Part shown: in pieces, positions 54,214 through 63,851 of the stretch
Layout: each line of letters starts with the position of its first letter
Position numbering within the stretch: the first letter of the stretch is position 1
The notes under the pieces: model-generated
Database searches by the model: none
What the model was told of the DNA's origin: nothing
What the model saw: only the letters and a program-made list of their open reading frames with translations
Made by a program: the position numbers and the translations under genes
NCBI GenBank assembly: GCA_965228875.1
Contig: OZ245843.1
Span: forward strand, 1,160,616 to 1,224,615
Direction: 5' to 3'
Source of the DNA: Thalassobaculaceae bacterium
GTDB lineage: Bacteria > Pseudomonadota > Alphaproteobacteria > Thalassobaculales > Thalassobaculaceae
Length of the DNA: 64,000 nucleotides

Positions 54214-54858
54214 TCAGAGCGCGCGGATCACACCGTAGATCACCCGGACCTTGTCGCCGAACTGCGGGTTTCCGGGCAAATAGGGCATCGCCCCGGTGGT
54301 CTCAAGGCGGGCGATCAGGCCTTCGTCCTCGAGGCCCGACAGCATGGTCTCGAAACCGCGAGTCTGCCAGAAGTCGTCGCGGCTCGTGAAGACCGCGACG
54401 CCGCCGGGGCGCAGAACCCGTATCCATTCGCGGCAGAGCGGCGCCGCCTCCACATAGGTCAGCACGCCGATGCACAGAACCCCGTCAACGGAATCGGCGC
54501 TCATGGGCAGCGGCCCGTTCAGGTCGACGGCCCGTAGATCGGCGTAGATCTCCTTGCTTCGGGCGATCTCCAGGCTGGACGCCGACATGTCGTAGCCGAT
54601 CAGCGGGCCGCCGCAGCCGGCCTCGCGCAGGGCCGCCCCGGTCATGCCGGTGCCGCAGCCGCAGTCCAGGACCCGGGCCGTCGCGAACCCGTCCAGGTGC
54701 CTGGACAGAAACTCCGCCGCGCGGGTCGGCGCCTCGTAGCCCCACTGCCTCAGATCCGCGTCGTAGTCGTCGGCCCAGGCGTCGTAGCTGGCGGCATTGG
54801 TCGTGCCGTCCATCGATACCTTGCCGTCGCCTCGGATGATCTTATCGAAATCGGTCAC
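54214..54858 (-). CDS. Class I SAM-dependent methyltransferase
   Basis: YDAWADDYD, VLDCGCGTG, RVLRPGG. Confidence 0.9.
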   Translation of the reverse strand: MTDFDKIIRGDGKVSMDGTTNAASYDAWADDYDADLRQWGYEAPTRAAEFLSRHLDGFATARVLDCGCGTGMTGAALREAGCGGPLIGYDMSASSLEIARSKEIYADLRAVDLNGPLPMSADSVDGVLCIGVLTYVEAAPLCREWIRVLRPGGVAVFTSRDDFWQTRGFETMLSGLEDEGLIARLETTGAMPYLPGNPQFGDKVRVIYGVIRAL

Positions 54859-55153
54859 GGTCGAAGCCCTTCCGGTCGTGGCGGTCGTTGTCAGGGTGAG
54901 CGGCCAAGCCTAACGGGGCGATCGCCATTGTCGACCCCGCCGGCGATCGCCGGCCTTCAGGACCGATTGGTCGAGTAGGGCAAGGTTCGGATCGTGGAGC
55001 TCTGTGGGGCGGCCCCGGCCGCCATGGGTCGCGAGGGCCGGGACCGCCTTCACACCGGACGACGCCGCCGGAGGCACGGGCTCCCCGGCGGGTCAGTTGG
55101 CAATGATGTGTCGATCGGCTCCGGCGGGTAGGCGCCCCGGCCGCAGTGACATT

Positions 55154-56341
55154 TCACGCCGCCGCACCGCGGGCGAGCGCCTTGGCCGGATCCACGAACG
55201 GCACGGGCACGATGGCGGCCGCGCGCTGGCCCTCGGGCGTGTCGACGATGGCGCCGGTGCCCACCGCGTCGTCGCCCACCGGAGCAAAGCCGAGCGCGAT
55301 GTTGCGGTGCAGGCGCGGCGAATAGATCGCGCTAGTGACCACGCCTTCATGACCCTCACCCCCGAACCGTGCCGGCCAACGATGGAGATTGGCGGCGATC
55401 GGATCGCCAAGGATCTCGATCCCGACCAGCCGCCGCTCGACACCCGCCTGCGCGAGCCGTCGCAAGTCGGCCCTGCCGACATAATCCGCGTCCAGGTCGA
55501 GGGCGACCAGCCGCTCAAGCCCGAGTTCAAAGGGATTGTTCTCCGCCGTCATGTCGGCCCCGTAGGACAGCAGGCCGGCCTCGAGACGGCGGATCGCGTT
55601 GGGCCCGGCCGGCGCCACGCCGAGGTCGGCCCCGACCTCGAAGAGCCGCTCCCACAGGGCGTCTCCGAACCGGCCGTCGCGCAGGAAAATCTCGTATCCG
55701 AACTCGCCGGACCAGCCGGTGCGGGCGACCAGCATCGGCACGCCGTCGAGATCAACCTCGCGGAATCGGAAATACTTCAGCTCGGCGATCCAGTCGCCGA
55801 AGATGCGGGTCATCAGGGCGCCGGATTTTGGCCCCTGAACCTGTAGCGGCGATACATCGGGCTCGCCCACGGCGACGGCCCAGCCACCCGCGCGCGCCAG
55901 GGCCTTGACCCAGAGCAGCAGATCGCCGTCGGCCAGCGACATCCAGAACCGGTCTTCCGCGAGTTTCAGCAGGACCGGATCGTTGAGGACGCCGCCGTCA
56001 TGATCGCAGATCAGCACGTATTTGGCCTGACCGACCTGCATCTTCGTAAGGTCGCGCGGCGTGAGGTGCTGGACGAAGGCAGCGGCATCGGGACCGGCGA
56101 TCTCAACCTGGCGTTCGGCGGCGACATCCCAGACTGTCACGTCGCGGATCAGCGACCAGTAATCGGCCTCGCCGGCATAGGCCACCGGCATGTACATGTG
56201 ATTGTAGATGGTGAACGCCGACGCTCCCCACCGTCGGGTGGCGGCGTAGAACGGCGAGGTGCGAACCCGCGGCCCGAACACGATCTGCGCCGCCGGTTCG
56301 CCGACGATGGCGGGCTGCAGGGTATCGAAATGGTCTGTCAT
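55154..56341 (-). CDS. GcvT-family THF-dependent demethylase, DmdA-like
   Basis: [62 protein letters not shown]. Confidence 0.88.
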   Translation of the reverse strand: MTDHFDTLQPAIVGEPAAQIVFGPRVRTSPFYAATRRWGASAFTIYNHMYMPVAYAGEADYWSLIRDVTVWDVAAERQVEIAGPDAAAFVQHLTPRDLTKMQVGQAKYVLICDHDGGVLNDPVLLKLAEDRFWMSLADGDLLLWVKALARAGGWAVAVGEPDVSPLQVQGPKSGALMTRIFGDWIAELKYFRFREVDLDGVPMLVARTGWSGEFGYEIFLRDGRFGDALWERLFEVGADLGVAPAGPNAIRRLEAGLLSYGADMTAENNPFELGLERLVALDLDADYVGRADLRRLAQAGVERRLVGIEILGDPIAANLHRWPARFGGEGHEGVVTSAIYSPRLHRNIALGFAPVGDDAVGTGAIVDTPEGQRAAAIVPVPFVDPAKALARGAAA

Positions 56342-56632
56342 GTCGGCGGTCTCCTCCCTCTCGATCGCCGGTTTGCCGGCGTATTGCCTGTCGGCCTGTT
56401 GAGCGGAGGGTAGGGATGGTGACGGAACTGTCTGTTCCAGCTGCGACGAAGACTTCGGATCTGATGTAATTCTTTCAGATTGTTCGCCAGGCGACAGAGT
56501 GTTCGTAACTGGAACATGTTGTGATGTCGGAGTATTCTGATCCTGGTCAAATAGTCGGATCGGGGATACTCGTGGGCTGCTTTCGGTCACGGTTGGCTCC
56601 TTCATCGCCATGACGAGGGGCCGGTCGGTGCC

Positions 56633-56685
56633 GAAGCGCTTTAGCTTTTGTTGACCCGGAGCAAGCTGCCCCTCAAATCGCCGGG
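56633..56685 (-). ncRNA. SAM-II-like riboswitch aptamer 2 (proximal)
   Basis: CCCGG-C-GAUUUG-AGGGGCAG-CUUGC-U-CCGGG-UCAACAAAA-GCUAAA: P1 stem plus UUGC/GCUAA pseudoknot. Confidence 0.75.
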
Positions 56686-56727
56686 GGTCCGTCTCGGTGG
56701 ACCGGGCCGCAGTTCGATACGGGGACG

Positions 56728-56765
56728 AAAAAAAACCGCCCTCGAAAGCCGATGCGGCCGGGCGG
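56728..56765 (-). terminator. Intrinsic terminator between the two SAM-II-like aptamers
   Basis: CCGCCC..GCCG-CAU-CGGC..GGGCGG followed by U8. Confidence 0.8.
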
Positions 56766-56772
56766 ATTTGGA

Positions 56773-56827
56773 CCTCCGTTTAGCCGCATTTATTAAGCGC
56801 CCGCAAGCAGGATGCAAATCGGCGCTG
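56773..56827 (-). ncRNA. SAM-II riboswitch aptamer 1 (distal)
   Basis: AGCGCC-GAUUUG-CAUCCUG-CUUGC-G-GGCGCU-UAAUAAAUGCG-GCUAAA-CGGAGG. Confidence 0.85.
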
Positions 56828-56872
56828 ACTGCAATCTGGCGATCCGCCGCCCGGGGGTCAAGCGGAATCAGG

Positions 56873-57769
56873 TTACCGTCGACGGCCGGCTACGGTTTCG
56901 CGATGCCAGATGTAGAGGCCGCTGGCGATCACCAGGAGCGAACCCGCGAGGGTCCAGAGGCCGGGAACGTCCCCCCAGAACACCAGACCGAGCAGCACGG
57001 CCCAGACCAGGCTCGTGTACTTGAACGGACCGACGAGGCCGACCTCGCCGTACTTCAGGCTCTCGATCATCAGTCCTTGGGCGAAGGCGACGAGCACGGA
57101 CGTACCGAGAAACATCAGGAAGTCGAGCGGGCGCAAGGCGACCCATCCGAACGGCAGCGTGAGAAGGCCGGCGAACCCGACGATCGCCGTCGAGACGATC
57201 AGCACCATGAGCGTCGACTCTCCTCCCGTGCCCATCTTCCGTGTCACGATATCGCGCAACGCCCCGATCAGGGCGGCGGCGATCGGGATCAGAGCGACGA
57301 TGCGGAACATCTCCGGGGTCGGGCGGACCATGACCACAACGCCGGCGAACCCGACGGCGACCGCACTCCAGCGTCGCCAGCCGACCGGCTCCGCCAGCAG
57401 CAAGGCCGCCAGCGCGGTGGCGAAGATCGGGCCGGCGAAGGAGATGGCGATGGCGTCGGCGATGGGAAGCAGGGAGAGCGAGGTCACGAACAGGAACGTC
57501 GAACTGGCCATCAGCCCACCGCGGGCCAGGTTGAGCGGCCAACTCCGGACGCGCAGGACACCGCCACGACCGGTCGCAACGGCCCAGCAGTAGACCAGCA
57601 GAACCACCAGGCCGCCACGCAGCGCCAGGACCTGACCGACCGGATAGCGCTCGGTCAGCCATTTGGCGATCGCATCGTTGACTGTCAGGATGCCGGCGGC
57701 GGCGACCATCATGATGATGGCCTTGGCCGGGGCGGAGGAGCCGGAGGCGGGCAGGGCGGGAGCAACCAT
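56873..57769 (-). CDS. DMT (EamA) family transporter
   Basis: About 10 TM, LLAEPVGWRRW, VMVRP, PFKYTSLVW. Confidence 0.9.
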   Translation of the reverse strand: MVAPALPASGSSAPAKAIIMMVAAAGILTVNDAIAKWLTERYPVGQVLALRGGLVVLLVYCWAVATGRGGVLRVRSWPLNLARGGLMASSTFLFVTSLSLLPIADAIAISFAGPIFATALAALLLAEPVGWRRWSAVAVGFAGVVVMVRPTPEMFRIVALIPIAAALIGALRDIVTRKMGTGGESTLMVLIVSTAIVGFAGLLTLPFGWVALRPLDFLMFLGTSVLVAFAQGLMIESLKYGEVGLVGPFKYTSLVWAVLLGLVFWGDVPGLWTLAGSLLVIASGLYIWHRETVAGRRR

Positions 57770-57867
57770 CGCGATCAGTCATACGCCTGTCGCGACGTGC
57801 AGGGAAGGCGTCCCGAGGGCGCGTTCCCGCTTGGCCGGCTCCCGCTCGCGGTGCTATCACCCGCCCC

Positions 57868-59754
57868 ATGCTCTCGATCCGCAACATCACCGTGCGCGTG
57901 GCCGGCCGCGTCCTGATCGAGGACGCCTCGGCGACGATTCCGCCCGGCCACCGGGTCGGACTGGTCGGGCGCAACGGCACCGGCAAGTCGACCCTGCTGA
58001 AGGTCATCGTCGGCGAACTGCAGACCGATACGGGATCGGTCAGCCTGACCGGGCCTTTCGCCCTCAACAACGCCATCGGCTGGGTCCGCCAGGAAGCACC
58101 GGGCGGCACCGAGACGCCGATCGACCATGTTCTGGCCGCCGACAAGGAGCGCGCCGACCTGCTCGCCGAGGCGGAGACCGCGACCGATCCCAACCGGATC
58201 GCCGAGGTCCAGACCCGTCTGGTCGATATCGACGCCCATGCCGCGCCGGCGCGGGCGGCGCGGATCCTGGCCGGCCTGGGGTTCACCGAGGACATGCAGA
58301 ACCGTCCGCTCTCGGAGTATTCCGGTGGCTGGCGGATGCGCGTGGCGCTCGCCGCCGTGCTGTTCCAGGAGCCGGAGCTGCTTCTGCTCGACGAGCCGAC
58401 CAACCACCTGGATCTGGAAACCACGGTCTGGCTGGAGCAGCACCTCAAGGCCTATCCCAAGACCCTGGTGATCGTCAGCCATGACCGCGACCTGCTGAAC
58501 GCGGTGCCGACATCGATCCTGCATGTCGAGCGGCTCGGCCTGACCCAGTACACCGGCAACTACGACACCTTCGAGAAGATGCGTGAGGAGCGCCTGGCGC
58601 AGATCGAGGCCGAGCGCAGTAAGCAGGACGCCCAGCGCAAGCACCTGCAGGCTTTCGTCGACCGGTTCCGGTACAAGGCCTCGAAGGCCCGCCAGGCCCA
58701 GAGTCGGATCAAGATGCTGGAGAAGATGGAGGTGATCCCGGCGGCCGTGGCCGACCCGGAGACCCGCTTCCGCTTCCCCGAGCCCGACGAACTGGCACCG
58801 CCGCTGCTGGCGATCGACAAGGCGTCGGTCTCCTATACGCCGGGCAAACCGGTGCTGCGGCACCTGGACCTGCGGCTCGACCCGGACGACCGCATCGGCC
58901 TGCTGGGCGCGAACGGCAATGGCAAGACCACGCTGGCGCGCCTGATCGCGGGCGAGCTTCAGAACGAGACCGGCGAGGTTCACCGGGCGGCCAAGCTGCG
59001 CGTCGGCTACGTCGCCCAGCACCATGCAGACGAGCTCGACCCGAGCGAGACCGCGGTCGAACACCTGTCGCGCCGGCTGAAGGGCCAGGCGGTCGACCGG
59101 GTGCGGGCCCGGCTCGGCTCGGTCGGACTGACCCAGGACAAGCAGACGACCCGGGTCGGGGCGCTGTCCGGCGGCGAGAAGGCGCGGCTGTCGCTCGCCC
59201 TGGTGATGGCCGACGACCCGCACGTCCTGGTGCTGGACGAACCGACGAACCACCTCGATATCGACGCGCGCACCGCGCTGGTTCAGGCGATGAACGACTT
59301 TCCGGGCGCCGTCATCCTGATCAGCCACGACCGGCGCCTGATGGAGCTGACGGTCGACCGGCTGTGGTTGGTGGCGGACGGCACCGTATCGCGGTTCGAC
59401 GGCGACCTGGCGGCCTATCGCGACCGCATCCGCGACGATCGGCGGGGCGAGAGGACGCGCGACAGGGACGGGGACAAGGTCAACAAGAAGGACCAGCGGC
59501 GACAGAATGCCGAGGTCCGCCGCCAGACGGCTGAACTGCGCAAGGCCGCGAAGGATGCGGAGAAGGCGCTCGAGAAGCTGGTGTCGCAGCGCGACGCCGT
59601 TGTCCAGAAGCTGGGCGACGCCAGCACCTATGACGGCTCGACCGCCGAGTTGCAGCGACTGATCCAGCGCAAGGCGGAACTGGACGCGGCCATTGCAAAG
59701 GCCGAGGAACACTGGCTGGAGACCGCCGAGGCGCTCGAGGCGACGGCGGCCTGA
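57868..59754 (+). CDS. ABC-F family ATPase (YheS/Uup-like)
   Basis: Two Walker A motifs, YSGGW/LSGGE, LDEPTNHLD x2, C-terminal coiled coil, no TM. Confidence 0.95.
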   Translation: MLSIRNITVRVAGRVLIEDASATIPPGHRVGLVGRNGTGKSTLLKVIVGELQTDTGSVSLTGPFALNNAIGWVRQEAPGGTETPIDHVLAADKERADLLAEAETATDPNRIAEVQTRLVDIDAHAAPARAARILAGLGFTEDMQNRPLSEYSGGWRMRVALAAVLFQEPELLLLDEPTNHLDLETTVWLEQHLKAYPKTLVIVSHDRDLLNAVPTSILHVERLGLTQYTGNYDTFEKMREERLAQIEAERSKQDAQRKHLQAFVDRFRYKASKARQAQSRIKMLEKMEVIPAAVADPETRFRFPEPDELAPPLLAIDKASVSYTPGKPVLRHLDLRLDPDDRIGLLGANGNGKTTLARLIAGELQNETGEVHRAAKLRVGYVAQHHADELDPSETAVEHLSRRLKGQAVDRVRARLGSVGLTQDKQTTRVGALSGGEKARLSLALVMADDPHVLVLDEPTNHLDIDARTALVQAMNDFPGAVILISHDRRLMELTVDRLWLVADGTVSRFDGDLAAYRDRIRDDRRGERTRDRDGDKVNKKDQRRQNAEVRRQTAELRKAAKDAEKALEKLVSQRDAVVQKLGDASTYDGSTAELQRLIQRKAELDAAIAKAEEHWLETAEALEATAA

Positions 59755-59777
59755 CAGCGGCAAAGGGAGGAACGGGA

Positions 59778-61376
59778 ATGGCCAAGACGATCGACGCCGC
59801 GAGCCTGAAGGCGGCACTGGACGGCGGCAGCGAGATCGCGCTGATCGACGTGCGCGAGCAGGCGGAGTACGGCGCGTCGCACCCGATCCTGGCGGCCAAC
59901 ATCCCGCTCGGTCAGCTGGAGCTGCGGGTTGGCGAACTGATCCCGCGCCGCTCGACCCCGATCGTGGTCGAGGACGCGGGCGAAGGGCTGGCACAGCGAG
60001 CTGCCGACCTGCTCGAGCGGTTCGGTTACAGCGATGTGGCGGTGCTCGACGGCGGTACGCCGGCCTGGGGGGCGGCCGGTTTCGAGCTGTTCAGCGGCAT
60101 GTACGTGCCATCCAAGGCGTTCGGCGAATTCGTCGAGCATGCCTACGAGACGCCATCGGTCTCCGCCGACGAACTGAAGGCGATGATGGAGTCCGGAGAG
60201 AAGCTGGTGGTGCTCGACAGCCGGCCGATGGACGAGTACCGGGTCATGAACATCCCGAAGGGGATCGATGTGCCCGGCGCCGAACTGGTCTACCGGGTCG
60301 GCGAGGTGGCGCCGGATCCGGACACCACCATCGTGGTCAACTGCGCCGGCCGCACCCGGTCGATCATCGGCGCCCAGTCGCTGATCAATGCGGGCCTGCC
60401 GAACAAGGTCGTCGCCCTGCGCAACGGGACCATGGGATGGCACCTGTCCGGATACGGGCTGGAGCACGGCAACGACCGCACCGCGCCTGCGCCGGATTCC
60501 GAGACCCTCGCGCAGGCGGTCGCCCGCGCCGAGGCCTGCGCGGCGCGCTTCGGGGTGCAGTCGGTCGATGCGGCCACGCTCGAGACATGGCGCGGCGAGC
60601 GCGACCGTCGGACGCTGGCGCTTCTCGACGTGCGCACGGTCGAGGAGTTCGAGGCGTCGCGCATCGCCGACAGCCGCCACGCGCCGGGCGGCCAGCTCGT
60701 CCAGGCGACCGACAGTTATCTGCCGGTGCGCAACGCCCGGGTGGTCCTTGTCGACGACCGCAGGGTGCGGGCGCTGATGACCGCGAGCTGGCTGGTCCAG
60801 CTCGGCTGGACGGACGTCCATGTGCTCGAGAGCGGGCTAGACGGGCAGGAGATCGCCTCGGGTCCCTATGTCCCGGACGTGCTCGGCCTCGACGCGCTGC
60901 CGTCGGTGAGCGCCGTTACCGCAGACAAGGCGCGGGAACTGGCCGGTGCCGGAGCGGTGATCCTCGATCTCGCCAAGGCGCTGGACTACCGCGACGCCCA
61001 TCCCGAGGGCGCCTGGTGGGCCGGCCGCGTGGCGATCGCCGACAATCTGGCGAAGATACCGTCGGACGGCACGCTGGTGCTGACGTCGCCGGACGGCGTG
61101 CTGGCGCGTTTTGCCGCCGCCGATCTGGCCGAAAGCGGGCGCGACGTCCGGGTCATCAATGGCGGCACGGCGGCGTGGAAGGCCGCCGGGCTGCCGATGC
61201 AGAGCGGCATGACTGCGGTTCTGTCGGAGCCCAACGACAGCTACCTGCGGCCCTACGACCGGACCAACAAGGCCGAGATCGAAAAGGCGATGAACGACTA
61301 TCTCACCTGGGAGGTGGCGCTGGTCGAGCAGATCAAGAAGGCGGGGGGCATCAGCTTCCGCCACTACCCGGCCTGA
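59778..61376 (+). CDS. Four-domain rhodanese-like sulfurtransferase
   Basis: Repeated (I/L)D(V/S)R starts and GGT..W motifs; active-loop Cys in NCAGRTRS. Confidence 0.88.
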   Translation: MAKTIDAASLKAALDGGSEIALIDVREQAEYGASHPILAANIPLGQLELRVGELIPRRSTPIVVEDAGEGLAQRAADLLERFGYSDVAVLDGGTPAWGAAGFELFSGMYVPSKAFGEFVEHAYETPSVSADELKAMMESGEKLVVLDSRPMDEYRVMNIPKGIDVPGAELVYRVGEVAPDPDTTIVVNCAGRTRSIIGAQSLINAGLPNKVVALRNGTMGWHLSGYGLEHGNDRTAPAPDSETLAQAVARAEACAARFGVQSVDAATLETWRGERDRRTLALLDVRTVEEFEASRIADSRHAPGGQLVQATDSYLPVRNARVVLVDDRRVRALMTASWLVQLGWTDVHVLESGLDGQEIASGPYVPDVLGLDALPSVSAVTADKARELAGAGAVILDLAKALDYRDAHPEGAWWAGRVAIADNLAKIPSDGTLVLTSPDGVLARFAAADLAESGRDVRVINGGTAAWKAAGLPMQSGMTAVLSEPNDSYLRPYDRTNKAEIEKAMNDYLTWEVALVEQIKKAGGISFRHYPA

Positions 61377-61397
61377 GGTCGCGCCAGGCCGGCTCCG

Positions 61398-62537
61398 TCA
61401 GAGGGTCGGCCCATCCGCCAGACGGCTGTCGAGCACGAGTTCGCGGAACCGGCCGTAGAGCCTGCGTTCCAGGTGGTGGCCGACCATGGAATCCATGATG
61501 GAGAACGCCGCGTCGCGCTCCATCGCTGGCTTGTAGTCGCGGCGGTCTGTCAGGGCCGTGAAGACGTCGACCACCGCCGTGCAGAGCGACATCTCGTGGA
61601 TCTGTCCCCGGGTCTGGCCGTCGGGATACCCGCCGCCGTCGAGCCGTTCGTGGTGATGGCGCACGGCGGCCACGAGGTCGGGCAGATCGCGGTAGCCGTC
61701 GGCGACGATCTGGGCGCCGAGCACCGGATGCTCGTTCATCACGACGCGCTCCTCGGTGGTCAGCCGGTCGGGCTTGGCCAGGATGGACAGCGGCACTTTG
61801 AGTTTGCCGACATCGTGGAGCAGCCCGGTTTCCGCCATGAGCTGAAGCTGGTCCTCGGGCACGCCGATCGCCCGCCCGAATGACGCCATCAGAATCCCGA
61901 CCCGCAGGCTGTGGGCGAACGTGTTGTCGTGATGGCCGCGCAACTGGTGCAGCATGGGGGCGACGCTCGGGTCGTCGGCCAGCGCGACCACGTTGTCCGC
62001 TGCCCGGGCCACCGCCCGCCGTCCGTCCCGGTCGATTCCGCCGTCTGCGACCATGTCCTCCAGCCGGGAAAACAGCTGGCGGCCGCTGGTCATCACCTTG
62101 GCGGCGGGCCTGGAGATGGCGCTGACGGCCTCGTCCTCGCTGCCGCTGCCATAGGCCCGCCAGAACGCGTCGAGGAATTCGCCGGGGGAGAGGTCGCCGG
62201 TCAGTGCCGCATCGATGATTCCCTCCTCGAGCAGACGCCCGAGGCTGAGGGTCATCTTCGGGCCGATCATGACGACGAGGGTGCCACGCCCCTGGGAGAC
62301 CATCCGTGCCTGCTGCGCCAGCCAGGCGCCATCTCCGCCGACCAGCTGGTCCTCGATCATCACCACGTCGGGAACGGTTTCGAACGCTTCCGCAGCGGCC
62401 GGGTTGTTCTTCGTCACGGTGATGTCGAAGGTGTTGCGCAGCGTGTTCAGCACGGCGGCGTATCGCCCCGGCCGTCCGGTGCAGAACACCAGCCGCGCGC
62501 CCCGCCCGTTTGTCGCCCCCGTTATCGCCACCCGCAT
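61398..62537 (-). CDS. HD-GYP cyclic-di-GMP phosphodiesterase with degenerate REC-like N-terminus
   Basis: HSLRV, LLHDVGK, HP, HHERLDGGGYP, RRDYK. Confidence 0.9.
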   Translation of the reverse strand: MRVAITGATNGRGARLVFCTGRPGRYAAVLNTLRNTFDITVTKNNPAAAEAFETVPDVVMIEDQLVGGDGAWLAQQARMVSQGRGTLVVMIGPKMTLSLGRLLEEGIIDAALTGDLSPGEFLDAFWRAYGSGSEDEAVSAISRPAAKVMTSGRQLFSRLEDMVADGGIDRDGRRAVARAADNVVALADDPSVAPMLHQLRGHHDNTFAHSLRVGILMASFGRAIGVPEDQLQLMAETGLLHDVGKLKVPLSILAKPDRLTTEERVVMNEHPVLGAQIVADGYRDLPDLVAAVRHHHERLDGGGYPDGQTRGQIHEMSLCTAVVDVFTALTDRRDYKPAMERDAAFSIMDSMVGHHLERRLYGRFRELVLDSRLADGPTL

Positions 62538-62608
62538 CCCCCGGTCATTCGCTCGCCTGCATTCGGCCGCCTGGATCCGGCCACGCAGACGAACTATGCG
62601 CGAACCGA

Positions 62609-62624
62609 TTGAAAAGGCGTTAAC
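62609..62624. promoter_or_regulatory. Candidate CtrA box
   Basis: TTGA-AAAGGCG-TTAAC, one mismatch to TTAA-N7-TTAA, ~70 nt above HD-GYP. Confidence 0.45.
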
Positions 62625-63851
62625 TCACCCGCCGCCGGCAACATCGGCGATATCCGAAAGCCGGTCGAGGCCGGCGGCGACATCGGCGATCAGATCGTCG
62701 GGATCCTCAATACCGGTGTAGAAACGAACGATCGGGCCGGCATACGGCCAGTCGGTCGCGCTGCGTTCCAGGGTGATGTCCGTCGGTTTGACCAGGCTCT
62801 CGAAACCACCCCAGCTGGCGCCCATGCCGAACAGTTCGAGGCCGTCGTAGAACGCGGCCAGCGCCTGGTCTGGAACAGGCTTGAACACCGCCGAGAACAG
62901 GCCGCTGCAGCCGGTGAAGTCGCGTTTCCACAAGGCGTGGTCGGGGTGACTCTCGAGGCCCGGGTGGAGGACGCACTCGATCTCCGGTCGGCTTTCCATC
63001 CAGCGCGCCAGGGCGAGGCCGTTGGCTCCGGTCTCGCGCAGCCGCAGTTCCATGGTCCGCAGACCGCGTGCCGCCAGGAACAGGTCGTCCGGCGCCACGT
63101 AGTGCCCGTGCAGGCGGACCGTGCTGCGGATCCTCTCGCTGTATTCTCGCGTGCTGGCGATGAGCCCCATGATCAGGTCGGAATGACCGCCGATGTACTT
63201 GGTCACCGCCTCGTTCACGATGTCGACCCCGAGCGCGAAGGGGTCGCAGAACAGCGGGGTGCCCCAGGTGTTGTCCATCATCACCACCGCGCCGGCCTTG
63301 TGGGCCGCTTCGGCGATGGCCGGAATGTCCTGCACCTCGAAGGTCTGCGATCCCGGGCTTTCGGTGTAGACGCATCGGGTGTTCGGCCGGATCAGCGCGG
63401 CGATACCGCCGCCGATCCTCGGGTCGTAGTAGGTCGTCTCGACGCCGTATTTCGCCAGCACGTGATCGCAGAACCTGCGGGTCGGGAAGTAGGCGGTGTC
63501 GGTCATCAGCAGGTGGTCGCCGGCCTGCAGCACGGCGAGCAGGCCGGCCGTGATCGCCGATAGACCGGAGGAGGTCATGACCACGTCACCGGCGCGATAG
63601 ATCTCGCAGAGCGCGGCTTCGAGACGGAAGGTGGTCGGCGTACCGCTCACCCCGTAGGTGACAGGGGCGTCGACGCCCTCGGGGTAGTTGGGCGGCGGCG
63701 CCGCGCGAACACCGCGCCAGGCATCGAGGCTGGGGGCGAGAACCGTGGAGGCGTGGAATACAGGTGTATTTACCACGCCTTTGAACTCATGCGGCGTGCG
63801 CCCGGCATGGACGAGACGGGTGCGGGTCTTGTGGCGGCGGTCTTCGGCCAT
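62625..63851 (-). CDS. metC: Cystathionine beta-lyase
   Basis: VNTPVFHAST, ESPGS, DNTW, TKYIGGHSD (PLP Lys), GASWGGFES; GAGGA RBS. Confidence 0.93.
   Translation of the reverse strand: MAEDRRHKTRTRLVHAGRTPHEFKGVVNTPVFHASTVLAPSLDAWRGVRAAPPPNYPEGVDAPVTYGVSGTPTTFRLEAALCEIYRAGDVVMTSSGLSAITAGLLAVLQAGDHLLMTDTAYFPTRRFCDHVLAKYGVETTYYDPRIGGGIAALIRPNTRCVYTESPGSQTFEVQDIPAIAEAAHKAGAVVMMDNTWGTPLFCDPFALGVDIVNEAVTKYIGGHSDLIMGLIASTREYSERIRSTVRLHGHYVAPDDLFLAARGLRTMELRLRETGANGLALARWMESRPEIECVLHPGLESHPDHALWKRDFTGCSGLFSAVFKPVPDQALAAFYDGLELFGMGASWGGFESLVKPTDITLERSATDWPYAGPIVRFYTGIEDPDDLIADVAAGLDRLSDIADVAGGG

Noticed and set aside
54859..55153. Hairpin-rich spacer with repeated ccggcgggt
   Set aside because: No recognisable RNA motif; GC-rich DNA forms such stems readily
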